Positions 40,721-49,717 of a stretch of 64,000 nucleotides of DNA are shown piece by piece; positions within the stretch are counted from its first letter, which is position 1, and every line of letters starts with the position of its first letter. Position numbers and translations under genes: made by a program. Source of the stretch: a virus; IMG/VR virus record IMGVR_UViG_3300025012_000042, positions 32,001-96,000 of that record, one strand, 5' to 3'. The notes under the pieces were generated by a model. The model ran no database searches, was not told the DNA's origin, and was given only the letters and a program-made list of their open reading frames with translations.

Positions 40721-42307
40721 TTAAACAGTAACAATATTATTATTTTTATAATCCATTAAATCCTCATAGAATCTTCTTCCGCATAGAGATTTTATTTCTT
40801 TATTCTCAAAATTATTTATAATACAATTATTAAATGATTCTATGTAATTATCTCCCTCATTAAATTCAAAACATTTTTCTTCTTCAACATCCTTATCCTC
40901 TATAATATTCAAAGTTATTTTATATTTATTTGGCTCTTTCATGTATTTATGTTCTATTGGAGTATTTCTAGAAACAATTTCTATAAAACTATTTTCTGAT
41001 AGTTGATTAACTATTTTTATTAATGTCACTCTTGATAAATTTGTGGCTTGTTCCATTAAACTATACGGAAAATAAAATATGCCAGATTTCTTAGCATATC
41101 TCTTGCTATGTATAAGCATTGAGTATAATACCAGTTTATTATTTTTACCACTTGCTTTAAGGATTTCTTTAATTTCTTCATATGTAATCTTTACTGTTTT
41201 TACTCCACCAACAAGATTAAACTCATGAGTATAAACATATTCAACAATATTATCTATATCTTTTAAAACATTATTCCATTTTGTTGTGTAGCAATTTTTA
41301 TCCTGCTGATTCATCCATTCTGTAATCCACTCTTTACAATCCTCCCTAGATACCTCTAAATGCTTATAATATTTCGTGATGTTTATTAACGACTTCCATC
41401 TCATTCCTGTCTGAGTTAACCCTTTTTCTATTAAGTCTTCTATTGCTTCTATAGTTATTTTTTCATCAACATTCTGATCATATTGGGGCAATGGATTGTG
41501 AGCATTTTTTGTTTCTTTATAGTCTTCTATATTCTTTGTACTAACATCTTCTTCCTCAATATCAAATATTTTATCAAGAATAAGTCTAAATAATATATTA
41601 TCCATCTTCTTAATTTTAGTTATATGTAATGGATCTTTGATTCTTCTTAACCCCTTACTATAATCACAGAAATAGCAATAATTGTTTTTATCAATTTTAT
41701 TATTGAAATTAATACCTAAAGGAAGTTTTACGCCTTGCTTATTAGTTGGTCTAAATTCTACTTTACCAAAATTCTCTCCATCAATGATTAAATCTTCTTT
41801 TTCTTTTAAACTCTCTTTATCTAATACATATTTATGAAATTTCTTTAGCAGATTTACTTCAATTGGTGAATCGAAAAACAACTCTATATGATAACCCTTA
41901 CCTCCTGAGAAGCTAATATTAATAAAATCATAATCTATGCCAACATCTTGTAAAACATGAACTATTTTATCGACAACCCATTTTGCCTTTTCTATGTTTT
42001 TCCTTTTCTCTTCTTTATCAGTTTTATCTTTTTGTCCTATATCAATATCAAAAGTTATAAACTTGCTATCTTCAACACCTTTCATATCCCTAGCAAAAAC
42101 ACCTATAGTTTTAATTCCATCAATGTGATTTTTAACTATAGAATCTGTCAACATTGGCCCATTTGTTTTTTCTGGATAATCCTTATAATAATGAATTGAA
42201 ACATAATTATCCTTTTTCTCACTCCATATAAGATATTTAAATCTTTGTAATATGTATAAATCATTAATTGCTTTGACAATTTCCTCTTTCTCTGGATTTA
42301 TTAGCAT
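40721..42307 (-). CDS. Archaeo-eukaryotic primase (TOTE-like) replication protein with C-terminal HTH
   Basis: TFDID (motif I), SFSGGKGYH (II), EFRP..GVKLPLG (III); LSRVTLIKIVNQL HTH. Confidence 0.8.
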   Translation of the reverse strand: MLINPEKEEIVKAINDLYILQRFKYLIWSEKKDNYVSIHYYKDYPEKTNGPMLTDSIVKNHIDGIKTIGVFARDMKGVEDSKFITFDIDIGQKDKTDKEEKRKNIEKAKWVVDKIVHVLQDVGIDYDFINISFSGGKGYHIELFFDSPIEVNLLKKFHKYVLDKESLKEKEDLIIDGENFGKVEFRPTNKQGVKLPLGINFNNKIDKNNYCYFCDYSKGLRRIKDPLHITKIKKMDNILFRLILDKIFDIEEEDVSTKNIEDYKETKNAHNPLPQYDQNVDEKITIEAIEDLIEKGLTQTGMRWKSLINITKYYKHLEVSREDCKEWITEWMNQQDKNCYTTKWNNVLKDIDNIVEYVYTHEFNLVGGVKTVKITYEEIKEILKASGKNNKLVLYSMLIHSKRYAKKSGIFYFPYSLMEQATNLSRVTLIKIVNQLSENSFIEIVSRNTPIEHKYMKEPNKYKITLNIIEDKDVEEEKCFEFNEGDNYIESFNNCIINNFENKEIKSLCGRRFYEDLMDYKNNNIVTV

Positions 42308-42347
42308 TATAAATCAATCTCCTTTATATCGGTAATATTAAATTAAA

Positions 42348-42536
42348 TTATTTATCCTTTTTGCACCATTCTCTAAAAGCTTTTTGAAGTTCATCTGTAT
42401 TAAGGAATTGAACATATAAGTCACCTTTTGAACCAAAATCAATTTTTAGTGGCACAATTCCTTTACTGAAATAAAATTCATATTGAAACTTATTATAAAT
42501 GAAAGCGTACTTTTTCTCTGCAATGGCATTTGTCAT
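42348..42536 (-). CDS. Small protein, paralog of 44522-44725
   Basis: YxxxYxxxQxxFYxSKG shared; promoter TTGACA-17-TATAAT at 42603-42631. Confidence 0.65.
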   Translation of the reverse strand: MTNAIAEKKYAFIYNKFQYEFYFSKGIVPLKIDFGSKGDLYVQFLNTDELQKAFREWCKKDK

Positions 42537-42699
42537 TATAGATCAATCCCCTTTTCTATTTGTATGTAGATAATTTTATTTATTAGTTTCCTCCTTGTGA
42601 TAATTATACTACACTTATGAATACTTGTCAAATAAATTTATTTATTAATTTACTAATAGGATAGGCTCTCTATCTGTACATAATTAAATTGGACAAGTT

Positions 42700-42960
42700 T
42701 TACCAACCCAAATCATCATCAATTACATCTGTTTTCTTACCCTTCACAAATTTAGGTTTCCAATAATCATCCTCTTGACATTCCTCTTCATCATCCCAAC
42801 CTTCACCAAGATTATAAAAATTATCTAAACACAAATGTCTAAATTTCTCATATAATTCATTTGCTATGACCTTTTCATGTTCAGTTTCATATTGTGAATC
42901 ATGTAATACTTTAATCAATAAATCTAATTTTTCCTCATTTAGTCGCAAAAATCTATGCAT
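42700..42960 (-). CDS. Hypothetical protein
   Basis: ORF with AAGGAG RBS. Confidence 0.55.
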   Translation of the reverse strand: MHRFLRLNEEKLDLLIKVLHDSQYETEHEKVIANELYEKFRHLCLDNFYNLGEGWDDEEECQEDDYWKPKFVKGKKTDVIDDDLGW

Positions 42961-43054
42961 TGTTTAATCTCCTTTATTTTTTTAATTATTTAAGGAGTCA
43001 TCCGTGATGGACAACTCCTTAAATTAAGTAATATTCATTCACCAACCATTCACA

Positions 43055-43261
43055 TTAATCAAAACTAAATTCAGCATCATCTTCAAATATTTTATTATAT
43101 AATTCAGTTAAACCAATTGTATAAGTGTCTACAATTTCATCATTATCATTTATAATGTGAACATTGAAGGTGTGAGTTGAGTTATCAATTTCCATATTAA
43201 CAAAGTAATCCTCATTTATTTTTAGTAGTAATTTTATTTCTTCAATTCTTGATTTCTTCAT
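43055..43261 (-). CDS. Hypothetical protein
   Basis: ORF with AAGGAGG RBS. Confidence 0.55.
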   Translation of the reverse strand: MKKSRIEEIKLLLKINEDYFVNMEIDNSTHTFNVHIINDNDEIVDTYTIGLTELYNKIFEDDAEFSFD

Positions 43262-43291
43262 GTTATATTCCTCCTTAAAATTATGTATTAT

Positions 43292-44455
43292 TTAATCTAC
43301 GTTCTTTATACAAATATAAATACGTCCTTCACCATATGATTTTACTGTCTTATTTCTTTCAAGTATCACTTTATCAACAATTTTATCGTCCTCTAAATAA
43401 TCTCTCGTTATTACTTGATCTAAAATACTCTTCGTAAAATTCTGTAGGTCAAATCTATCTAAACAATCATATTTAAGAAATACCACAATTGGAACATTCC
43501 AATCAATGTTTAAATCTTCTTTATTTAATAATTGATGTGAAGGGAAATTTCTAATCCAATTATTATATGTATTAGTTTTAACCATAATATTCTTGCCAGT
43601 ATAATCACTTACAACTGTCTCATACATATAATTCTCAGAAAGAGGATGGGTGTCTAAAACCATATATTCTGATAAAGAAGGATTTAATATTGCAATTGCA
43701 TTCTCTAATTTAGATAATTCCTCATTCTTCTCATTAATTAATTTTCCTTGATTGTTTATTATTCTGGTTTTGTAGGCCATTCTGCCTCCACTAATCTTTA
43801 ATCTTAATGACTCCTTATCTTCTTTTATAATCTTAATCAAATCATCACATATTGTTATAAGGGCTAGGTACTTGCTATCACCACTATATATTTCTATCCT
43901 ATCTTTTAATCCTTGTTCAATGTTTTTCATTACTTTTACCCTAAAATCTGTATCCCTAGATTTATATTTATAGAACTCTTTTACATCTTGATATGTATTA
44001 TGTATTAGTTCAATATTCTCTGTTTTAAAAGTATTCTTTAACTTGGGTAGTGAATACTTAGTTAGTTTATTAATTTGCTCTTCTGAAGCATTATCAATGA
44101 TATATCCACCATTTCTATTTATTGAAGGTAAAACTTCTGATGTTACCCATTTTCTAAATGCTTTACATTTGTCTGTTCTAGCCTCAAGCATAAAATCATA
44201 CAGCATTTCTTCGTTTAAATAAGTTAGTCCGTTATGGACTAATGGCACTATACCTGCGTTTTCAATGTTTTTATCAACTCTATCTTTTCTACATTGAATA
44301 TAAACTTTACCTTTTACTGTATTGGTTTTTGTGTGACCTAAAGCTATACCTGTGGAGTACAATTCGAACAAAACATTCCCATTTTCATCTGTAATAATTC
44401 CTACATTTGTTCCCTCAAAGTTATTTACCAAAGCTAATACATTATTATTTTCCAT
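43292..44455 (-). CDS. BRO-N/antirepressor domain fused to a RusA-like C-terminal domain
   Basis: AFRKWVTSEVLPSINRNGGY; PLSENYMY..FDLQNFTKSILD..EDDKIV. Confidence 0.65.
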   Translation of the reverse strand: MENNNVLALVNNFEGTNVGIITDENGNVLFELYSTGIALGHTKTNTVKGKVYIQCRKDRVDKNIENAGIVPLVHNGLTYLNEEMLYDFMLEARTDKCKAFRKWVTSEVLPSINRNGGYIIDNASEEQINKLTKYSLPKLKNTFKTENIELIHNTYQDVKEFYKYKSRDTDFRVKVMKNIEQGLKDRIEIYSGDSKYLALITICDDLIKIIKEDKESLRLKISGGRMAYKTRIINNQGKLINEKNEELSKLENAIAILNPSLSEYMVLDTHPLSENYMYETVVSDYTGKNIMVKTNTYNNWIRNFPSHQLLNKEDLNIDWNVPIVVFLKYDCLDRFDLQNFTKSILDQVITRDYLEDDKIVDKVILERNKTVKSYGEGRIYICIKNVD

Positions 44456-44521
44456 TATATTTTTCCTTCTTTCTTTAATTTTATTTCCTTATTTCATTAA
44501 ATACCTAATATCAAACCATTT

Positions 44522-44707
44522 TTATCTTTGATAATTTTTCCACAGTTCGTAAACGTCTGCTGTCTCTTTCCTATCAAATTTATGCCACATCTTTTTTGTT
44601 GCGTAATGAACTCCTACATCCTTAACCATTTTTCCTTTAGAAATATAGAATTGTACTTGGACAAGATCATATAAGTAAACATATTTATCCTTTGGATCAA
44701 TTTCCAT
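44522..44707 (-). CDS. Small protein, paralog of 42348-42536
   Basis: GGGAGGTGAG RBS; shared motif. Confidence 0.6.
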   Translation of the reverse strand: MEIDPKDKYVYLYDLVQVQFYISKGKMVKDVGVHYATKKMWHKFDRKETADVYELWKNYQR

Positions 44708-45048
44708 CCTCTCACCTCCCTTCAATAAAATTAATTTTGGACATAATAATAGAGAGGAAATTTATTCTCATAAATTCCTCTCAAAACAATCTCAACCATA
44801 CCTTTAAAATTAGCATTTTAAATTAATTACACCCAATGTGACCTTAGTGAACTAACTCTTAAAAAATGTAAATTCCAACCTCTAAAAAACCCAATCATAT
44901 CAACACTTTCAGGCCGCACAATAATCTAATATCCACAGAAAGGACTCTCTAAGCTGTTCAAATTGATGCTATGTAAGTATATATGGTAGAGACTTTTCTA
45001 AACGCTTAGAGAGCGATTATATTTGTGATATTATTAATTATAATTTAA

Positions 45049-45234
45049 TTAAAATTTATCTCCATCACTAGGATTATTAAGAATCCCAAATCCAGTTAAA
45101 GCTACAAGAATTAAATTAACCAATTCATCAGCTTGAGGAATTTCATATCCAATATAAGTCTTACTAACAAACGTTACAAGTGAAGCAACTGAGAGCCACA
45201 ATCCCCATGATTTGAATCTGTTTTGATTTTGCAT
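45049..45234 (-). CDS. Holin
   Basis: QNRFKSWGLW, 2 TMs, GILNNP. Confidence 0.85.
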   Translation of the reverse strand: MQNQNRFKSWGLWLSVASLVTFVSKTYIGYEIPQADELVNLILVALTGFGILNNPSDGDKF

Positions 45235-45256
45235 TATTATTTCCTTCTTTCTTTTA

Positions 45257-45733
45257 TTATTTTATTGAAATGCCATACTTCACAGCCACAACTGAAGTTA
45301 TTAGTAAACTTACAATCCCTATAATTTTCAATGCCATGCTCAAATTATTATGTAATTTTATCTTTTTTATTTCAGTATTGCTAATTATTTCTTGTTTTTT
45401 TATTTCAGTATTACCTGTTGAATTACCTATAGCTATTTGACTTATTGTATTAATTAAGAGATTAGAAGTTTGTAGATTTTGCAATGTTGTATTTTCTACT
45501 CTAGCAAGAGTATTGTCCAGAGAATTAAATCTGGTCTCGTAGGAGATGTCCTTTAACTCAAGTTCATGGAGTTTTTCACTATGATTAATAATTTTATCAG
45601 AAAGTCCATGAATTTTTTCTTCGTGTTGAGTTGTTTTTGTTTGTAAATCTATAATTTTTCCTGAATGACTCTCAAGGACTTCTTTTATTTCATTTTCATC
45701 CACTTCCAACACCTCCATAATTATATTTTCCAT
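45257..45733 (-). CDS. Coiled-coil protein with C-terminal TM (XhlA/hemolysin-like lysis accessory)
   Basis: Between endolysin and holin; heptads plus one TM. Confidence 0.55.
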   Translation of the reverse strand: MENIIMEVLEVDENEIKEVLESHSGKIIDLQTKTTQHEEKIHGLSDKIINHSEKLHELELKDISYETRFNSLDNTLARVENTTLQNLQTSNLLINTISQIAIGNSTGNTEIKKQEIISNTEIKKIKLHNNLSMALKIIGIVSLLITSVVAVKYGISIK

Positions 45734-45938
45734 TTGACATTTGCCCCTTTCTGATGTATTATTAATCAAGGTTGCATCTCTAGTACAGATGTACTCCTAG
45801 ACAAGCTACAGAAATTGGGCAATTTTTCTGTACTTGTCGCTACATATGACAACTGAAAATAAATAATATTTATAAAGAATTAATAAATTAGATCAGAAGA
45901 GATGTAAAAATAAATTTACACCTCTAATTTGAGTTTGT

Positions 45939-46784
45939 TTATTTTCCTTGCAAATACTGATGAACTTTGTTTGCCGTATCGTATTTATCATTTCCACTCA
46001 GAAGCAACTCGTTTTTATGTCCAGTTTTTGAACCACCTACTACAATCAGTTTCTTACTATTCATAGCACCTTTGGGAACACTTTTATCAGCAGGTCTAAT
46101 AAAAATAGCACAATTGCCATTCTTTTCTGCTACATCAGTTCCACTCCAATAATCCTCTTTTGAATATAAAAGTACACAAACATCTAACATGTCATTCACT
46201 CCTTGATTATTATTTGTTGATTGAATAGTCTTTTCTGTCACATATTCCAAACCAAGATATTGTTGTATGCCTTTTACAATAGAAATTGCACATTTTCTCT
46301 GAAATTCAGGACTTGCCAACAATTTTTCTTCTGTAGGATTACTTATGAATGGTAATTCTACTAAACAACTAGGACATTTGGTGTATTTATTTACATATAA
46401 ATCAGTAACCTTAATCCCTCTATTTGTTAGTCCTGTATCTGAAATTAAATTTGATTGAATTGCTTTTGCTAATTTTTCTGCATCTGCCCCCAAAGCAGAC
46501 ACATGGGTTTCGATTCCATGAGCAGTTTTATCAGAATGGCTATTATTGTGTATAGATACAAACCATTCTGAATTAAAATTATCTGATGAATCAACAACTG
46601 CCCATAAATCGCCATTCTGAATAGCATTAATATTATGACCTAATCTTTGTAATTCTGAGACAACAATTGTTCCTACTGCTTTTACAACATCTGATTCTTT
46701 AAGTCCTGATGCTCCTATTGCCCCTGGATCAAATGTACCATTAGATTTTTTACCATGACCAAAATTTATAGTTCCTCTTGACAT
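45939..46784 (-). CDS. Endolysin, N-acetylmuramoyl-L-alanine amidase (Amidase_3) with C-terminal wall-binding domain
   Basis: GHG..DPGA..E, SIHNNS, LVELPFISN; LIVVGG..LSGNDKYDT. Confidence 0.9.
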   Translation of the reverse strand: MSRGTINFGHGKKSNGTFDPGAIGASGLKESDVVKAVGTIVVSELQRLGHNINAIQNGDLWAVVDSSDNFNSEWFVSIHNNSHSDKTAHGIETHVSALGADAEKLAKAIQSNLISDTGLTNRGIKVTDLYVNKYTKCPSCLVELPFISNPTEEKLLASPEFQRKCAISIVKGIQQYLGLEYVTEKTIQSTNNNQGVNDMLDVCVLLYSKEDYWSGTDVAEKNGNCAIFIRPADKSVPKGAMNSKKLIVVGGSKTGHKNELLLSGNDKYDTANKVHQYLQGK

Positions 46785-46861
46785 TGTTTCATTTCACCTT
46801 TCTTTACAATATGAAATAAAGTCACATTTAAGCGACAATTATTTTATATTTAATTAATTAT

Positions 46862-47338
46862 TTAATAACTTCCAACAAATTTTAGCCTCTCTGAGTTAAT
46901 TACCTCTTTTGGCGAAGGATATCTTTTCTTTACTAATCTCATTCCATTTGCTTCAGAATATGAATCATTAACCAACTCACTGCAAACATCACTATTTCTA
47001 TCCCTGATTCTAAATCTAAATTTAAATATTTGTCTCAAAAACATAAAAATTAATAAACCATAATCGTACTTATCTCCAACTTTTGATATAGCATAATCAC
47101 AGATTTGTTGACGTTGAATATCTGTTAAATCACAGGTATAGATATCTAAATAATTTTTATATTTGTCTATATTACAATATTGAATACCATTCCAGTCTGC
47201 TTCTACAAACACTGAATTACCAATATAAAGACATAAATGAGAATAATTAGAATTTGTTAATTTCTTAACTATTTTTGATATTGGATTTTTACCTTTATAT
47301 GCTAATATATCTCCTTTTTTTATATCATTAATGTCCAT
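46862..47338 (-). CDS. Permuted papain-like NlpC/P60 (YiiX/YebB-like) protein
   Basis: KGDIL, YSHLCLY, YDY, CSELV. Confidence 0.8.
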   Translation of the reverse strand: MDINDIKKGDILAYKGKNPISKIVKKLTNSNYSHLCLYIGNSVFVEADWNGIQYCNIDKYKNYLDIYTCDLTDIQRQQICDYAISKVGDKYDYGLLIFMFLRQIFKFRFRIRDRNSDVCSELVNDSYSEANGMRLVKKRYPSPKEVINSERLKFVGSY

Positions 47339-47340
47339 AA

Positions 47341-47676
47341 TTATAACCCATTCATTTTTGCTAAATATAATTGTCTCAAGTCATTGTTTAACTTCTTCAA
47401 TTCAATAATTCCTCCGACTTTCCAATATTCATAAGGAGACTCTATTAAATTCAAGTCAATACTAGACTGTTCTAAAATCGTACTCAATATATTTAATTTA
47501 GTTTGTAATTGAGGTGTAATAGATTCTGGGGGAAGAATTGCTACAACATCTTTTAGAATTAATGAAATGATATCTGTATAATACTCTAAAAAACTTATAT
47601 TTTTACTTAATGCGCCTGATCTTTTAATTAAATCATTCTCTACTATTGACCATAAATCAGTATTATTTTCACTCAT
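47341..47676 (-). CDS. Hypothetical tail-associated protein
   Basis: Coupled ORF. Confidence 0.5.
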   Translation of the reverse strand: MSENNTDLWSIVENDLIKRSGALSKNISFLEYYTDIISLILKDVVAILPPESITPQLQTKLNILSTILEQSSIDLNLIESPYEYWKVGGIIELKKLNNDLRQLYLAKMNGL

Positions 47677-48533
47677 CAGCACAACCCTCCTAAACAATAG
47701 AGTTCTAAGTTTTTATTAGTAGGATTTGATACACTGATTGTTATTTTGTCTGTTTGGGTTGGAAGTTTGACTCTATTATTTTCGACTAAAGTATCATTAA
47801 CTTTAAAAACTAAACCATCATGTGATTCTGTATATAATTCTATGATAGTTGTAAATTTAGGAAGTTGGATTATTGGAGTAGCGACACTTCCGTTAGGCAT
47901 AATTGAAATGAATCCATCACCAATGCTACAATTAGATAGAATTAAATCGTTGCCCAAAAAATCTTCATCCATATATACGATGCTTGTTAATGAATTATTA
48001 TTTATTGATTGTTTCTTTGCTTCTAGGATTTCATAATAATCAAAATTCATATATCCATTTTCTAATGTATAAGTTTTACCAACCATCTGATCAATCATCA
48101 CAGGTTCTAATTTTACAATAGTCTTAGGAACATTAGCTACATTTGTTATTTCTTGATATACAGGAATTTGAACTTCTTCTTGAACAATGCTCCCATCCTC
48201 TTGAATCACATCTTGTAATTCTGTAATATATTCATCTGACGCTATGCGATATGTTACAGTTTGTTCATCCCATTCTATTACTTTTTCTGATTCAATGGTT
48301 TCATCAAATACTTCAACTTTATTGCCGAATTCATCAGTAGTGATTTGGATATTATCTTTGTATAAATACTGGTTATTTTCATTGACTTTCTGGATTTTTT
48401 CATTTGTTGGTTCTGATATTGTTTTGTTGAGATTGATGGAGAATGGAAGAAGGACTGAATATTCGAAATTTAATTTTTCTCTGTCGATTCCTGTAATTTT
48501 GTTGGATGAGCGATTTAATAATATTGTTTTCAT
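47676..48533 (-). CDS. Hypothetical tail-associated protein
   Basis: AAGGAGG RBS; position after tail fibre. Confidence 0.55.
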   Translation of the reverse strand: MKTILLNRSSNKITGIDREKLNFEYSVLLPFSINLNKTISEPTNEKIQKVNENNQYLYKDNIQITTDEFGNKVEVFDETIESEKVIEWDEQTVTYRIASDEYITELQDVIQEDGSIVQEEVQIPVYQEITNVANVPKTIVKLEPVMIDQMVGKTYTLENGYMNFDYYEILEAKKQSINNNSLTSIVYMDEDFLGNDLILSNCSIGDGFISIMPNGSVATPIIQLPKFTTIIELYTESHDGLVFKVNDTLVENNRVKLPTQTDKITISVSNPTNKNLELYCLGGLC

Positions 48534-48571
48534 TAAGATTTGTTGCCTCCTTTATATTTAGTTTAGTTTTG

Positions 48572-49591
48572 TTATTTACTTGTTAATGTGGGCAATAAAA
48601 TAGAACTATCGGTTTGGATTGATAGTTCTAAATTATGTAGTATTTCTTGAATTTTAGTATCGACTAATTTTTTAAATTCTTTTACCTTATTTGTTTTATA
48701 CGGTATTCTAGTTATTTTTATACCATTATCCTCACAATACTTATTTTTAATATTATCCTTTCTAATTCTATCTAAATACCCTTCTTTTCCACCAAAATAA
48801 TCAATAATTTTCCCGTGTTGCTCTCCATCTATTTCTACAACTTCATTTAATTCAGGTATGTAAAAATCGAATTTTAACAATGCTTTATCTTTACATTCCT
48901 TAAACTTCTTTTCGGATTTATACAATATACCATTTAAAATCAACGCATTTTCAAATATTTTGTTTCCATTTGATTTAGAAAAATAAGGGTGTCCACTTCC
49001 TCCATTAATAAAACAATCAGCAGTTTGAGTAAATGTTGAGTTTATATTAACTGGCAAGTTACCTTTATAAATCCATTGATAATCTGATTTAAGTTTATCG
49101 TATTCTGTGCTTATTATCTCATAATCTGGTCTGAATAATTTGCAAAATAACCGTATGTTATCCAATGCAAATTTATTATATTGAAAAGGAGAAGGACAAG
49201 AATTTTTTCTTTTAATATTTGAGATAGATACTTGAACCTTAAATCCATATTTATCATGACACCATATAGATTTGTCAACATTTTTCCAATCATCTATATT
49301 TATCATTTTATATCCTCGTTCATCCAAAAAAGAATACGCTAATTCATTTGTCCAATTAGTTAGTCCATTTTTATCGCAATAACATTGTTTACATAGAAAT
49401 CCTTTTTTAAAACTATTCCATAACACCCAAGATTCCTTATGATTGTTGTTTGGACATTTTATTAGTGCCCATAATTCTTTTTGATATGATTTTTGTATCC
49501 ATTTAATATCTAATACTTTATATTCCATGCATTCAGACTTACTTTCGCAAAATGTATTCATTGAATCTACATTCCATTTCTTTTTACCCAT
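48572..49591 (-). CDS. Vsr/DUF559-like putative homing endonuclease
   Basis: Zn motifs; EKKFKEC..LKFDFYIP..VEIDGEQH..KDNIKNKYC..ITRIPY. Confidence 0.8.
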   Translation of the reverse strand: MGKKKWNVDSMNTFCESKSECMEYKVLDIKWIQKSYQKELWALIKCPNNNHKESWVLWNSFKKGFLCKQCYCDKNGLTNWTNELAYSFLDERGYKMINIDDWKNVDKSIWCHDKYGFKVQVSISNIKRKNSCPSPFQYNKFALDNIRLFCKLFRPDYEIISTEYDKLKSDYQWIYKGNLPVNINSTFTQTADCFINGGSGHPYFSKSNGNKIFENALILNGILYKSEKKFKECKDKALLKFDFYIPELNEVVEIDGEQHGKIIDYFGGKEGYLDRIRKDNIKNKYCEDNGIKITRIPYKTNKVKEFKKLVDTKIQEILHNLELSIQTDSSILLPTLTSK

Positions 49592-49703
49592 TATTCTCAT
49601 TCCTTTCTGACAAAAGTTTTAGGAAATGGGAAAAGAGCCAATGTGTCAGCACAGCTCTTTTAATTACCTTTGTAATGCTTCGAATCACTACAAAGAACCA
49701 TAT
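49592..49703 (-). ncRNA. Structured leader RNA, copy B
   Basis: Same conserved blocks as copy A with compensatory stem changes; loop CUGACA pairs with UGUCAG overlapping the SD. Confidence 0.65.
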
Positions 49704-49717
49704 TTAATTATAGATTA

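Noticed and set aside
45765-45830. c-di-GMP-II riboswitch (GGAG...UGCAACC)
   Set aside because: The UGGGCAC loop and 5' GAA/UGAA elements are absent on that strand and the spacing is wrong
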